Shown here: positions 1 through 9,160 of the stretch, piece by piece | Numbering within the stretch: the first letter of the stretch is position 1 | Layout: every line of letters starts with the position of its first letter | From: Bacteroidaceae bacterium | GTDB lineage: Bacteria; Pseudomonadota; Alphaproteobacteria; RF32; CAG-239 | Direction of reading: 5' to 3' | Length of the DNA: 64,000 bases | Assembly (NCBI GenBank): GCA_963641885.1 | Contig: CAVIDY010000008.1 | Span: 1,398-65,397 of the forward strand | Notes under the pieces: generated by a model | What the model was told of the DNA's origin: nothing | Seen by the model: only the letters and a program-made list of their open reading frames with translations | Databases searched by the model: none | Made by a program: the position numbers and the translations under genes

Positions 1-54
1 GCTGGTCATTAACAATCGCCCGACTGGTGAAGCGCTATAGAAAGAATAGAACAT
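1..54 (-). CDS. partial CDS: first 18 codons (MFYSFYSASPVGRLLMTS) of a leftward gene that leaves the window
   Basis: ATG at 54..52 lies 5 nt downstream of GGAGG (complement of 60..64), and the frame is open to position 1. The Y..SP.G.L pattern recalls methylated-DNA-protein-cysteine methyltransferase N-termini, but 18 residues cannot establish that. Confidence 0.3.
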   Translation of the reverse strand, partial: MFYSFYSASPVGRLLMTS

Positions 55-118
55 TTTTTCCTCCATTTTTATCAAGTTATCAGTTGTCAAAGTTGTTTGT
101 CAAGTTTATAAATAAAGT

Positions 119-865
119 ATGAGAAATGAAGTTTTGATATATCGCGATTACGGTTGCGCCGATGTTAATGCGTTGGCGGAAGAGTTGCGCGCTTATTTTG
201 AACCGCGCGGCTGTAAAGTTGGTTTTGCTGACGCTAACGATATTATTTACCGCGATCAGCTGAATGATAAGGTTTTAGCTTTGTTTATGCCAGGGGGAGC
301 AAGCACACCCTATCGTCATAAATTGAAAGTGCTGGGCAATGAAAAAATTCGTTCGTTTGTGCGGGAAGGCGGTGTATATTATGGTATTTGCGCCGGAGCC
401 TATTATGCCTGCAAACAAACTGAATTTGAAAAAGATTTGCCGCAATCGCGCATTGTGGAAGAATATGAATTGGATTTGCTAAACGCTAAAGCGATAGGTT
501 CTTTATATAAGGAATTAAAAATAGAACCGTTTGCCAAAAATCCGGCATCGGCGGCTGCAGTTGAACTTTTTGATGAAAACGGCGATATTTTGGTTGCACA
601 TTATCACGGCGGTCCATATTTTGAGCTAAATGATTCTAAAAATACAGAAATTCTAGCGCGCTACAATTTGTCAGGGTTTAAGCCGGCAGTGGTTTTGCAG
701 CCTTACGGTAAAGGCAAGGTGATTCTTTCCGGCGTGCATTATGAAGATAGGGGAGCAGTGTTAGAAAAATCAGCGGCACAGCCCAATATAGTGCAAAAGC
801 TAAAAGAAAAGGAAGTTGCTAGACAAGTTTTCTTTAATAAGCTGATGAGTTTAAGCGGTAGATAG
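119..865 (+). CDS. class I glutamine amidotransferase-like / biotin-protein-ligase N-terminal-like domain protein
   Basis: 248-aa ORF. FMPGGAS and GGVYYGICAGAYYA (nucleophile-elbow-like) motifs are typical of the GATase1-like fold. Confidence 0.5.
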   Translation: MRNEVLIYRDYGCADVNALAEELRAYFEPRGCKVGFADANDIIYRDQLNDKVLALFMPGGASTPYRHKLKVLGNEKIRSFVREGGVYYGICAGAYYACKQTEFEKDLPQSRIVEEYELDLLNAKAIGSLYKELKIEPFAKNPASAAAVELFDENGDILVAHYHGGPYFELNDSKNTEILARYNLSGFKPAVVLQPYGKGKVILSGVHYEDRGAVLEKSAAQPNIVQKLKEKEVARQVFFNKLMSLSGR

Positions 866-948
866 ATTTTTTTTAAAAAATATTGCTAAATTTATGAAAT
901 GCTGTATATACTAATGCAAATTTTATTATTAACTTAAACTGTATTTTT

Positions 949-1638
949 ATGGCTGAATTATCTAATTATGAAATTGCCAGACGCAAAGCTTTTGCCGAGT
1001 TTGTGGCTGCTCAGAGTTTGCCGGAATGGGTATTGGCAGAGGTTGACGATATGCCGGTTTGCGCTCGTATGCCGCTGCAGCTGATATGGTATGCCAATGA
1101 AAGAAATGATGAGACTAAACAAAACTTTAATTTTTTGTTTAAGCTTTATCAAGTGGTTTTGCAGCTTTATAAGCGCAGGTGTCCTCTGGATAGCGAAAAT
1201 AATCCGGATTATTTTATCGGTTACTTTATTATGTCTGGTGTTTCAATTCCGAGAGGAGAGCTTTGGCAATATTGCAGACCTTTTTTGCGTCAAAAGGCAG
1301 ATGATGGTGACAAAGTGGCTTTGTTTATGCTGGACTATCGGGCAGAAGTGGCTGAGGCGGTGCAAAATGCATTTGGCGGAGAAATTCCCGAAAATGTGCT
1401 TGGTTTTATGATAGATCAAGTTATTGTTTTGCTGGCAGAGTATGCAGAAGATGTAAAGACTTTGTATTCCAAAGCCGAAAAATCTCCTTGGGATAGGTCG
1501 CGCCTGTATTCTGATAATCGTGAGTATTATAATCACCGCGATGAGTTTAAGCTTTTGCAGCATGAAATGTTTGTTGACTTGAAACAGCCAAGCAGAAAAG
1601 ACAGCGAAGACTTTTTTGAAAGATATCGCTATTGCTAA
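949..1638 (+). CDS. hypothetical protein, paralog A of a tandem orphan pair
   Basis: 229-aa ORF followed by its own terminator. Shares blocks with the next gene: MPVCARMPLQLIWY/LPICARAPLLALYF, VLLAEYAEDVKTLYS/FVALYAQDVQKFYS, EDFFERYRY/AVFFENYSL. Confidence 0.6.
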   Translation: MAELSNYEIARRKAFAEFVAAQSLPEWVLAEVDDMPVCARMPLQLIWYANERNDETKQNFNFLFKLYQVVLQLYKRRCPLDSENNPDYFIGYFIMSGVSIPRGELWQYCRPFLRQKADDGDKVALFMLDYRAEVAEAVQNAFGGEIPENVLGFMIDQVIVLLAEYAEDVKTLYSKAEKSPWDRSRLYSDNREYYNHRDEFKLLQHEMFVDLKQPSRKDSEDFFERYRYC

Positions 1639-1646
1639 AATCAAAA

Positions 1647-1682
1647 AGTCCTGTTCTAAGAAAAAGAACGGGACTTTTTTGT
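1647..1682 (+). terminator. rho-independent terminator
   Basis: AGTCCTGTTC / GAACGGGACT stem (one G-U pair) followed by a T6 run, directly after the stop codon. Confidence 0.7.
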
Positions 1683-1762
1683 ACAAAAAATCTTGCTATT
1701 TGGCAAATATGTTATATAATCACATTATCATTTTTATTATTCATTTTTAAATTATTATCGTT

Positions 1763-2455
1763 ATGGGACAGATTAACCATTTTGCCGAGACGAACGCTGA
1801 TGATAAGCTGAAGTCGATGATTGGTGAGTGTATCAACGGTACATCGCTGAAAATAAGCGATGCGGAAGAGGTTATTTTGCAGCTGCCGATTTGCGCTAGA
1901 GCTCCTCTTTTAGCTTTGTATTTTACCAAAGTGCGGGGAATTGTGGAGGACGGCACTCTGCAACATCATCGTTTTGTGCTGCTGATATCTTTATTCCAAA
2001 CGGCGGTGCGCATTTATGAACGCCATGCGTTGTATGGCGCTTATAACCGCTTTATCGGAACTGACCGTTTTGACAACACAAAGGTAAAGCGGCTGGTTGA
2101 AAATTTGGGCGTAAGACAGCAGACCAACACATTTAAGCTGGATTCCGTCATTGACAATGACCCTTATTACAAAGAGGTCTTGTTTGACGTGAAGCATAAC
2201 AAGCTTATGAATTGCAATGTGAAAGCGACAATATCTGACTACTTTGTTAAGAAGGTTATGCAGTTTGTTGCTTTGTATGCTCAAGACGTGCAGAAGTTTT
2301 ATTCTGTGCGCGGCAATTCTACAATTTGCGATGAGCAACTTTATAAGCAAAGCTGGAGTAAATATAAACTTCTGACCGTAAGAAGCTTATTTTTCACTAA
2401 TGACTTGGAGCCGGAAGAGCTTGCCGTGTTCTTTGAAAACTATAGCTTGCGCTAA
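1763..2455 (+). CDS. hypothetical protein, paralog B of a tandem orphan pair
   Basis: 230-aa ORF, nearly the same length as paralog A with the same conserved blocks, and its own terminator. Confidence 0.6.
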   Translation: MGQINHFAETNADDKLKSMIGECINGTSLKISDAEEVILQLPICARAPLLALYFTKVRGIVEDGTLQHHRFVLLISLFQTAVRIYERHALYGAYNRFIGTDRFDNTKVKRLVENLGVRQQTNTFKLDSVIDNDPYYKEVLFDVKHNKLMNCNVKATISDYFVKKVMQFVALYAQDVQKFYSVRGNSTICDEQLYKQSWSKYKLLTVRSLFFTNDLEPEELAVFFENYSLR

Positions 2456-2462
2456 TTAAATA

Positions 2463-2507
2463 AAATCCCTTGTTTCAGAAAATGAAACAAGGGATTTTAT
2501 TTTTTTA
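2463..2507 (+). terminator. rho-independent terminator
   Basis: Perfect 14-bp stem AAATCCCTTGTTTC / GAAACAAGGGATTT with a 7-nt loop, followed by a T-rich run. Confidence 0.75.
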
Positions 2508-2653
2508 GAATCTGAAATCTTAACAAAATATTACATTGTGAATTATTTAAAAAAATTTTTTATGCCCTATCCCACTGTTTTTATAGGGCGATTTTTAATC
2601 TTATGTATATTTTATGCGAACAAAAATAGAACAGTTAACAAAATACTAAAAAA

Positions 2654-2690
2654 TCCCATTGAAACCCATAAATTACCATGTTATACCATA
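2654..2690. promoter_or_regulatory. four 10-bp phased direct repeats (CCCAT, CCCAT, ACCAT, ACCAT); candidate MraZ operator
   Basis: Repeat starts at 2655, 2665, 2675 and 2685, which is 30-65 nt upstream of the mraZ ATG. The complement reads ATGGG/ATGGG/ATGGT/ATGGT, resembling the TGGGN/GTGG[GT] repeats bound by MraZ. Confidence 0.4.
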
Positions 2691-2719
2691 AATAGAAGTT
2701 AACCCGAAAGGAATCTGAC

Positions 2720-3187
2720 ATGAGAAAAGTTTTTCTCTTTATGGATACCATTATTAACAAAGTAGACGCAAAAGGTCGCGTTTCTTTGCCGTCAGATTAT
2801 CGCGCAATAGTTAAAGATTTATCAACAGAGATTGTTTGTTATCGCAGTTTGAGTGCGCCTTGCATTGAAGGCTGTTTGGAAGACACTTTGGATAAGCTGG
2901 CGACGGAAATTGAAAATTCCACGGATTTCTTTTCGGAAACACAAGATAATTTAACTAATTTGATTTTTGGTGATGCCAAACGCTTTCCGTTTGATAGTAC
3001 GGGGCGAATCGTTTTGACTGAAAAACTTTTGAAGCATGCGGGCATTACTGATACGGCAGTGTTTGTGGGTAAAGGTCGTAAATTTCAAATTTGGAATCCG
3101 GAAAATTGGGCAAAAGAAGAAGCTCGTATTCGCGCTGAAGTAATGAAAAACCGTCCGGTTTTGAAACAAAACAGGGAGGTTGAATAA
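2720..3187 (+). CDS. mraZ: transcriptional regulator MraZ
   Basis: VDAKGRVSLPSDYR and STGRIVLTEKL are the two SpoVT/AbrB-like halves. AAGGAA RBS. First gene of mraZ-rsmH-ftsL-ftsI. Confidence 0.9.
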   Translation: MRKVFLFMDTIINKVDAKGRVSLPSDYRAIVKDLSTEIVCYRSLSAPCIEGCLEDTLDKLATEIENSTDFFSETQDNLTNLIFGDAKRFPFDSTGRIVLTEKLLKHAGITDTAVFVGKGRKFQIWNPENWAKEEARIRAEVMKNRPVLKQNREVE

Positions 3188-4101
3188 TGACAGAAACTAA
3201 GCAAAAGCACATTCCTGTGATGCTGCAAGAAGTTTTGGTGGCTTTAAAACCGCAAAAGGGCGAAGTTTATGTAGATGCTACTTTTGGCAACGGCGGTTAT
3301 ACCAAAGCAATTTTAGAGGCTGCAAATTGCAAAGTTATTGCTTTGGATAGAGACCCGACTGTGAAAATCCGTGCTAATGAAATGAAAAATATGTATGGCG
3401 AACGCTTTGAGTTCAGAACTGGTCAATTTGGCGATTTCGCAGATTTAGTGTCGGAAAAAATTAACGGTGCGGTTTTTGATATCGGCGTTTCCTCTATGCA
3501 GCTTGACGAGGTGGAACGCGGTTTTTCATTCAGCAAAGAAGGTGCTCTTGATATGCGTATGTCGCAAAGCGGCGTGTCGGCTAAAGATATTGTCAATACA
3601 TATGGTGAAGAAGAGCTGGCGGATTTGATTTATCAATATGGCGAAGAGCGCAAGTCGCGGCAAATAGCCAGGCAAATTGTGGAATACCGCCGCACCAAAG
3701 AAATTGAAACCACAACGGAATTGGCGGAGATTATATATAAGGTAATTCATAAAAAATTTGGCGAAATTGATCCGGCAACCCGTACCTTTCAGGCGTTGCG
3801 CATAGCTGTTAACGATGAGTTGGGTGAACTTTCGCGCGGGCTGAACGGAGCGGCGTCACGTTTACTGAAAGGTGGGCGCTTGGTGGTGGTGGATTTTCAT
3901 TCACTTGAAGACCGAATCGTAAAAATGTTTTTTAAAGAAAACGGCGGACGTAAAGTTCGGGTTTCAAAATATGCGCCGGAATTGGTGCAGGAAGAGCATT
4001 TGTTTGCTGAAGTTTCTAAAGTTATTATGCCGACAGTCGCGGAATGTGAACAAAATCCGCGGGCGCGTTCGGCTAAATTAAGATATGCAATAAGGGGATA
4101 G
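3187..4101 (+). CDS. rsmH: 16S rRNA (cytosine1402-N4)-methyltransferase RsmH
   Basis: HIPVML, DATFGNGGY, FDIGVSSMQLD, DFHSLEDRIVK and NPRARSAKLR motifs. ATG overlaps the mraZ stop. Confidence 0.9.
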   Translation: MTETKQKHIPVMLQEVLVALKPQKGEVYVDATFGNGGYTKAILEAANCKVIALDRDPTVKIRANEMKNMYGERFEFRTGQFGDFADLVSEKINGAVFDIGVSSMQLDEVERGFSFSKEGALDMRMSQSGVSAKDIVNTYGEEELADLIYQYGEERKSRQIARQIVEYRRTKEIETTTELAEIIYKVIHKKFGEIDPATRTFQALRIAVNDELGELSRGLNGAASRLLKGGRLVVVDFHSLEDRIVKMFFKENGGRKVRVSKYAPELVQEEHLFAEVSKVIMPTVAECEQNPRARSAKLRYAIRG

Positions 4102-4103
4102 CA

Positions 4104-4475
4104 ATGGGTAGTATCAAAACGGCAATGGTTGTTTTATGGTTGACATTGACTTTATTTGTGGCAGTGGCGCAGTCGGTGCTGAAAAACAGAGTGCAGGGGC
4201 TGGAACGCCGTTTGGATACCATTAACGAAAATATCCAAAAAGATATTCGCGATATTCATATTCTGAAAGCTGAATGGAGCTTGAATAATTCGCCGGAACG
4301 CTTGAAAAAATTGGCATACGAACAATTATCTTTAGAAAAAGCCAAACCTGAACAAATTATTAACTATTCTGCTTTACACTTTAACTATGAAGATGATACG
4401 CAGACAGGTGGTCGTGCAATGCCAAACAGAAAAGGTTTGACAACACTGGTCAAAGCAGAGGTTAAAAAGAAATAG
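4104..4475 (+). CDS. ftsL: cell division protein FtsL-like (bitopic, coiled coil)
   Basis: 123 aa with an N-terminal TM helix followed by a coiled-coil segment. Position between rsmH and ftsI. Confidence 0.6.
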   Translation: MGSIKTAMVVLWLTLTLFVAVAQSVLKNRVQGLERRLDTINENIQKDIRDIHILKAEWSLNNSPERLKKLAYEQLSLEKAKPEQIINYSALHFNYEDDTQTGGRAMPNRKGLTTLVKAEVKKK

Positions 4476-4477
4476 CT

Positions 4478-6247
4478 ATGCAGTTTAATGTAAGTTTTTC
4501 TAAGCGGAAGAAGACCGAGCAATTTTATCTCCCAGGGCAGGAGATAAAATTTTCGCACGGCTTTATTTCTCAGAAAAACTTTAGCGCTGAAGGCGACAGT
4601 GTTTCTATGTGCCGCAACCGCATTTGGTGGACAATGGCGGCGTTTGCATTTTTTTATTGTATTTTAGGCTTGCGGGTGACATATGTTTGTTTGGGCAATG
4701 GTATCAATATTGACACGGCAATTGTCGACGATGGTGCAGAAGAACAAGAAGTCCTACATTTGAAGAATCCGGTTAAACGTGCCGATGTGATGGATAGAAA
4801 CGGAGAAATTATTGCCACTTCGTTGCCGACGGCAAACCTTTCGGCAAAGCCAGAGCTGATTAAAAATCCCGAAGAAGTAGCCGAAAAATTAAGTGTAATT
4901 TTTCCCGATGTTACTTATGAACGTTTTTTAGATTTGCTAAGCCGGCATAAAAAATTTGTATATTTAAAACGCAATCTGTCTCCGGCGCAGCAAAATTCGG
5001 TAAATGCTTTGGGAATACCAGGGCTGGAATTTGAAAACTGCGAAAAACGAATCTATCCGCATAATAATTTGTTTGCGCATATTTTGGGTAATACAAATGT
5101 GGACAATCAGGGAATTGCCGGATTGGAAAGCTTTATGGACGATCGTTTGACAACCTCTACAAAACCGGTAAAACTTTCGGTGGATATGGGAATTCAAAAT
5201 ACGATTCGCGAAGAATTGATTGCAGGCATGAATCATTTTATGGCAGAAGGTGCGGCGGCGATTTTGATGAACGTCAATACCGGACAGATTATAGCAATGA
5301 TTTCCGTGCCGGATTTTAATCCGAACGACAATATAAAAGTATCGGACAGGGCTATGTTCAACTTTGCTACCAAGGGCGTGTATGAAGCAGGTTCTGTGTT
5401 CAAAGTGTTTAACACGGCAATGTGTTTGGACAGCGGCAAAATAGATGTTAATAGCCGCTTTGATACTTCTAAGCCGATATACTTTGGGCGCTATCGGGTT
5501 TCTGACCCGCACGGCTCGCATAAAATGTTGACGCCGGAAGATATTTTGGTGGAGTCGTCAAATATCGGTTCAACATTGGAAGTTATGCAGGTTGGCAAGC
5601 AATATCAACGTTCTTTTTTCCAAAAAATAAATATGGATAAGGCGCTGAGCGATTTTGAAGTTACGGAAACTGCAAAGCCTTTGTTCTTGTCAGAAAAACG
5701 CTGGACAGACCATTCTATGGCAACCATCAGCTATGGGTATGGTATTTCAACAACGCCTTTGCATATTATTACTGCGTTTTCAGCGGTGGTGAACGGCGGA
5801 ATTTATCATGAACCAACTCTTTTAGCCGAGCCCAAAGACACGGGACGCCGGATTGTTTCAAATGAAACATCCGAAAAAATGCGTTCGCTGCTGCGGGCAG
5901 TAGTTGTGCGCGGAACAGGTCGTCGCGCCAATGTCGAAGGCTATCAGGTGTTTGGTAAAACCGGTACCGCCGACAAGTTGGTTAACGGTCGCTATGACCA
6001 CAAAAAAAGTATATCAACCTTTATTTCTGGCTTTCCAGAATCCGATCCGAAATATGCGTTATTGGTAGTGTTTGACGATCCGAAAGGTTTGAAAGAAACT
6101 TGGAATCATACCGAAGCCGGCTGGAACGCTGTGCCGACAGCAAAAAATATTATTACCGCGGTGGCACCGCAGCTTAATATTAAGGCAGATTTTGATTTGG
6201 AAAAGCAAAAAAACATTGTCGATGCCGCCTATAAAAAGAAAAATTAA
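4478..6247 (+). CDS. ftsI: peptidoglycan D,D-transpeptidase FtsI (PBP3)
   Basis: N-terminal TM helix. SVFK (SxxK), SSN and KTGTA motifs. dcw context. Confidence 0.85.
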   Translation: MQFNVSFSKRKKTEQFYLPGQEIKFSHGFISQKNFSAEGDSVSMCRNRIWWTMAAFAFFYCILGLRVTYVCLGNGINIDTAIVDDGAEEQEVLHLKNPVKRADVMDRNGEIIATSLPTANLSAKPELIKNPEEVAEKLSVIFPDVTYERFLDLLSRHKKFVYLKRNLSPAQQNSVNALGIPGLEFENCEKRIYPHNNLFAHILGNTNVDNQGIAGLESFMDDRLTTSTKPVKLSVDMGIQNTIREELIAGMNHFMAEGAAAILMNVNTGQIIAMISVPDFNPNDNIKVSDRAMFNFATKGVYEAGSVFKVFNTAMCLDSGKIDVNSRFDTSKPIYFGRYRVSDPHGSHKMLTPEDILVESSNIGSTLEVMQVGKQYQRSFFQKINMDKALSDFEVTETAKPLFLSEKRWTDHSMATISYGYGISTTPLHIITAFSAVVNGGIYHEPTLLAEPKDTGRRIVSNETSEKMRSLLRAVVVRGTGRRANVEGYQVFGKTGTADKLVNGRYDHKKSISTFISGFPESDPKYALLVVFDDPKGLKETWNHTEAGWNAVPTAKNIITAVAPQLNIKADFDLEKQKNIVDAAYKKKN

Positions 6248-6456
6248 GGTTTTTCACTGATAAAAGTCATTACTTTGTCACTTTGTTTTTAAAAATAATG
6301 CACAAATTTTGCAAATATTCGCATTTTTTTTATTTTTCTTATTGAAAAATTTACAAATATTTCTTAAATTACCAACTGTATTAGTTGTTATGCAATTAAA
6401 TAAACTGTTCTGTAGCAATACAGACAAATTGTAAAAAACCATATGGAGAAAATAAA

Positions 6457-6921
6457 ATGAAAAAACTTTTAAGTTTGTTCTGCGCTCTTGTTGCTTTGTC
6501 AGGCTGCTCTACTTTCGGTGCTGACGGCGGCTTGTTCAGCGGTGCTGACTGTGAATCTAGATTGGCTCGTGATTTCGTAGAAAACACAACCGATACTGTA
6601 TTCTTTGCTTTTGATAGCTCTGCTTTGTCTGCAGAAGCTCAATCTGCTTTGGACACTCAAGTTGCTTGGTTGAAGAAACATGACGATGTAAACGTTATTG
6701 TTCAAGGTCACTGCGATGACAGAGGTACTCGTGAATACAACATGGCTTTGGGTGAACGCCGTGCCAATGCTGTAAAACAATACTTGGTATCTCAAGGCAT
6801 TGAAGAAAGCAGAATTTCTACAATTTCTTACGGTAAAGAAAGACCAGCTGTTTTGGGTAACAACGAAGCTGCTTGGGCTCAGAACCGTCGTGCGATTACA
6901 GTTGTTAGCGCAGCTGAGTAA
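6457..6921 (+). CDS. pal: peptidoglycan-associated lipoprotein Pal (OmpA_C domain)
   Basis: Lipobox LSGC. FAFDSSAL...GHCDDRGTREYNMALGERRA...ISYGKERP OmpA-like domain. Confidence 0.85.
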   Translation: MKKLLSLFCALVALSGCSTFGADGGLFSGADCESRLARDFVENTTDTVFFAFDSSALSAEAQSALDTQVAWLKKHDDVNVIVQGHCDDRGTREYNMALGERRANAVKQYLVSQGIEESRISTISYGKERPAVLGNNEAAWAQNRRAITVVSAAE

Positions 6922-6943
6922 TCAGACAGTTTTATTACCAAAA

Positions 6944-6973
6944 AGCGCTGCCGAATCGGCGGCGCTTTTTTTG
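6944..6973 (+). terminator. rho-independent terminator
   Basis: AGCGCTGCCG-AAT-CGGCGGCGCT hairpin followed by a T7 run. Confidence 0.7.
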
Positions 6974-7074
6974 TGCCGATTTTTTATATTAGAAACAATC
7001 TTGACAAAGTGGTGGAATTTGCTTATGATTCTGGCAATTAACAATTATTGATACACTAATTAAATTTATTTATT

Positions 7075-8061
7075 ATGGAAACACAAGTTTTAGCTCTTTC
7101 CAAAGATGCGGTATTGATGGACATGAGTCTGTGGAACAATGGTGTGCACAGCGTTTATGCTGATTTTGAAACATTGTGGCAGATGTTTCGCAGTGTTTTA
7201 GCATCAAGCAGCTACGGTACTTCGGAATTTGGTGGTCCAGTTTGGCTGCTGGATTTCAGCTTGGCAAATTTGAGAAAACTTTTTCCTGAGAATCCGTGGC
7301 TTGACGCTGTGGAGCAGGAAAAAAGCAAAGTTCTTGACTCCGGAAAATCCAAAAATTTCAACAAATTTTTCGAATGGTTCAGATTTCGTGCGGAATGCAT
7401 GGTGAAATTTTTGGGTTTAGGCAACGTTATCATTAAATATGAAACGATTTCCGGTGAAAGCGTTGCTCTGTATGGCTGGGGTGTTTTTTTGGACACTGTG
7501 CAAAGCTTTGTGAACGGCTCGGTCAGACGTCTTAGCTTGGGACTGATGATGAAGTGGAATTATTCTTTGCGTGAAAGCGAGGCTGTGCGCAAAGGAGAGT
7601 TCTTTACCTGTCTGAACACAGATTCCATGGTTAAACAATACCCGAATGCGTCAGAAGATGCAGACGATGTTAAACACAGCGATGTTTACGGCGACTGCTA
7701 TCACTTAAAGCACTTTAGCCCGACCACTGGTTATGTTATACTGGAGACCGTGTCTGAAAAAATCTTGACGCTGGTTGTCAATGATTTGATGGAGTATATG
7801 GCTCAGAGGTTAAGTAATGAGTCGGATCGCAGTGGGTTGCTTTGTACTTATCCGCAAATGAAATACGATAGATACCTTGACGGTATCGGCGGTTGCGGTC
7901 ATCACTTTAAACCGACAACAGATGTGTTTCGTTGGAGGAGGAAAGACGGCGGTATCGAAGAAATTAAAGTCGAGCTGCCGAAGATTGAGGAAAAGTACGG
8001 TGAATTTTGGCATCGTCAGTTCCCGCCAAAACAGAATTGGCGCGAACTGAAAGAAGATTAA
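7075..8061 (+). CDS. hypothetical protein (orphan inserted between pal and cpoB)
   Basis: 328-aa ORF with its own AT-rich upstream region and terminator. No motif that I recognise. Confidence 0.6.
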   Translation: METQVLALSKDAVLMDMSLWNNGVHSVYADFETLWQMFRSVLASSSYGTSEFGGPVWLLDFSLANLRKLFPENPWLDAVEQEKSKVLDSGKSKNFNKFFEWFRFRAECMVKFLGLGNVIIKYETISGESVALYGWGVFLDTVQSFVNGSVRRLSLGLMMKWNYSLRESEAVRKGEFFTCLNTDSMVKQYPNASEDADDVKHSDVYGDCYHLKHFSPTTGYVILETVSEKILTLVVNDLMEYMAQRLSNESDRSGLLCTYPQMKYDRYLDGIGGCGHHFKPTTDVFRWRRKDGGIEEIKVELPKIEEKYGEFWHRQFPPKQNWRELKED

Positions 8062-8083
8062 CCTGTTCGCTGATTATGTAAAA

Positions 8084-8110
8084 AAGACTGCTTTTAGGCA
8101 GTCTTTTTTT
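8084..8110 (+). terminator. rho-independent terminator
   Basis: AAGACTGC-TTTTAG-GCAGTCTT hairpin followed by a T7 run. Confidence 0.7.
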
Positions 8111-8176
8111 GTGCTTGTACTAAGGCAAAAAATATTTTATAAATAGACTAGGTTTAGAATTTTGAGGAGGCTTTTT

Positions 8177-9160
8177 ATGAAATTAGCAGCTTGTTTTTTA
8201 TTGTCGGGAAGTTTGTTGCTGGCGGCAATGCCAGCAAGGGCAAATTCGGATATGCAAAAAGAAATAGATGATTTACGCGAAGATTTGATGGTACTGCAGC
8301 GCCAAATTTACCGCGGAGCAGGAAGTTCCGGCGAAGTATCAAAATCAGCAATCGTGTCGCAGGAACAAGCCGCCGCAGGAAACATGCAGGTAAAAATCGG
8401 TGAATATGATGAAGTTATCCGCAAAGTTAACGGACGCATGGATACTTTGGAATATCAGGTAAAACAATTGGAAAGCAAGCTGGATAAAATAAACCGAGAT
8501 ATGGAAATTCGTTTCAAAATTTTAGAGGGACGTCCAGTGCCTAGCAATTTAAGCTCTCCGACTCCGACAATTCCGACTACCTATGAAGCTAAAGTCGCTT
8601 CCGGCGCATCTAAAACCGTGACCGGAGATGGTATTCAAGGCGATGATTTAGCTCCGATAGCTGGTTCTAATGTGGCTGCTCCCCAAAATATTGCAGCCAG
8701 CAGTGCCGATGGAACTCCTCAACAGTTGATTGCTGATGATACAGAGGCAAAACCGGTGGTAACTGCTCAACCAAAGTCCGCTGAAGAAATTTACGCCAGT
8801 GGCATGGAAGCGCTGAACAGTAGTTTGTATGATGAGGCGGAAATGGCTTTCCAGCAAATTTTAACGCAATATCCAAATGATAAATTAGCAGGTAACGCAC
8901 AGTATTGGATTGGCGAAGTATACTTTAAACAGGGAAATTATAACAAAGCTAAAGTGGCGTTTAAAAACGGCTATGAAAAATATCACAACGGCAATAAAGC
9001 GCCTGACAGTTTATTCAAACTGGGACTGACTTTTAAGGCTAATAAAGAAAATAAAAATGCTTGCATTGTACTTTCCAGCTTTGGTGCGGAATTTCCTAAA
9101 GCTAACGCTGATTTAGCCAAAAGAGTGCAGGCAGAAGCATCTAAGCTTGGGTGCAAATAG
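8177..9160 (+). CDS. cpoB: Tol-Pal system protein CpoB/YbgF (coiled coil + TPR)
   Basis: Signal peptide, coiled-coil N-domain and a C-terminal TPR region (AQYWIGEVYFKQGNYNKAKVAF). ATG at 8177 with GAGGAGG 6 nt upstream is preferred over the TTG at 8162. Confidence 0.75.
   Translation: MKLAACFLLSGSLLLAAMPARANSDMQKEIDDLREDLMVLQRQIYRGAGSSGEVSKSAIVSQEQAAAGNMQVKIGEYDEVIRKVNGRMDTLEYQVKQLESKLDKINRDMEIRFKILEGRPVPSNLSSPTPTIPTTYEAKVASGASKTVTGDGIQGDDLAPIAGSNVAAPQNIAASSADGTPQQLIADDTEAKPVVTAQPKSAEEIYASGMEALNSSLYDEAEMAFQQILTQYPNDKLAGNAQYWIGEVYFKQGNYNKAKVAFKNGYEKYHNGNKAPDSLFKLGLTFKANKENKNACIVLSSFGAEFPKANADLAKRVQAEASKLGCK

Noticed and set aside
4964-5521. 185-aa antisense ORF inside ftsI, and similar internal or antisense ORFs listed throughout the track.
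   Set aside because: They lie fully within well-supported genes on the other strand or frame, and they have no RBS or recognisable motifs.
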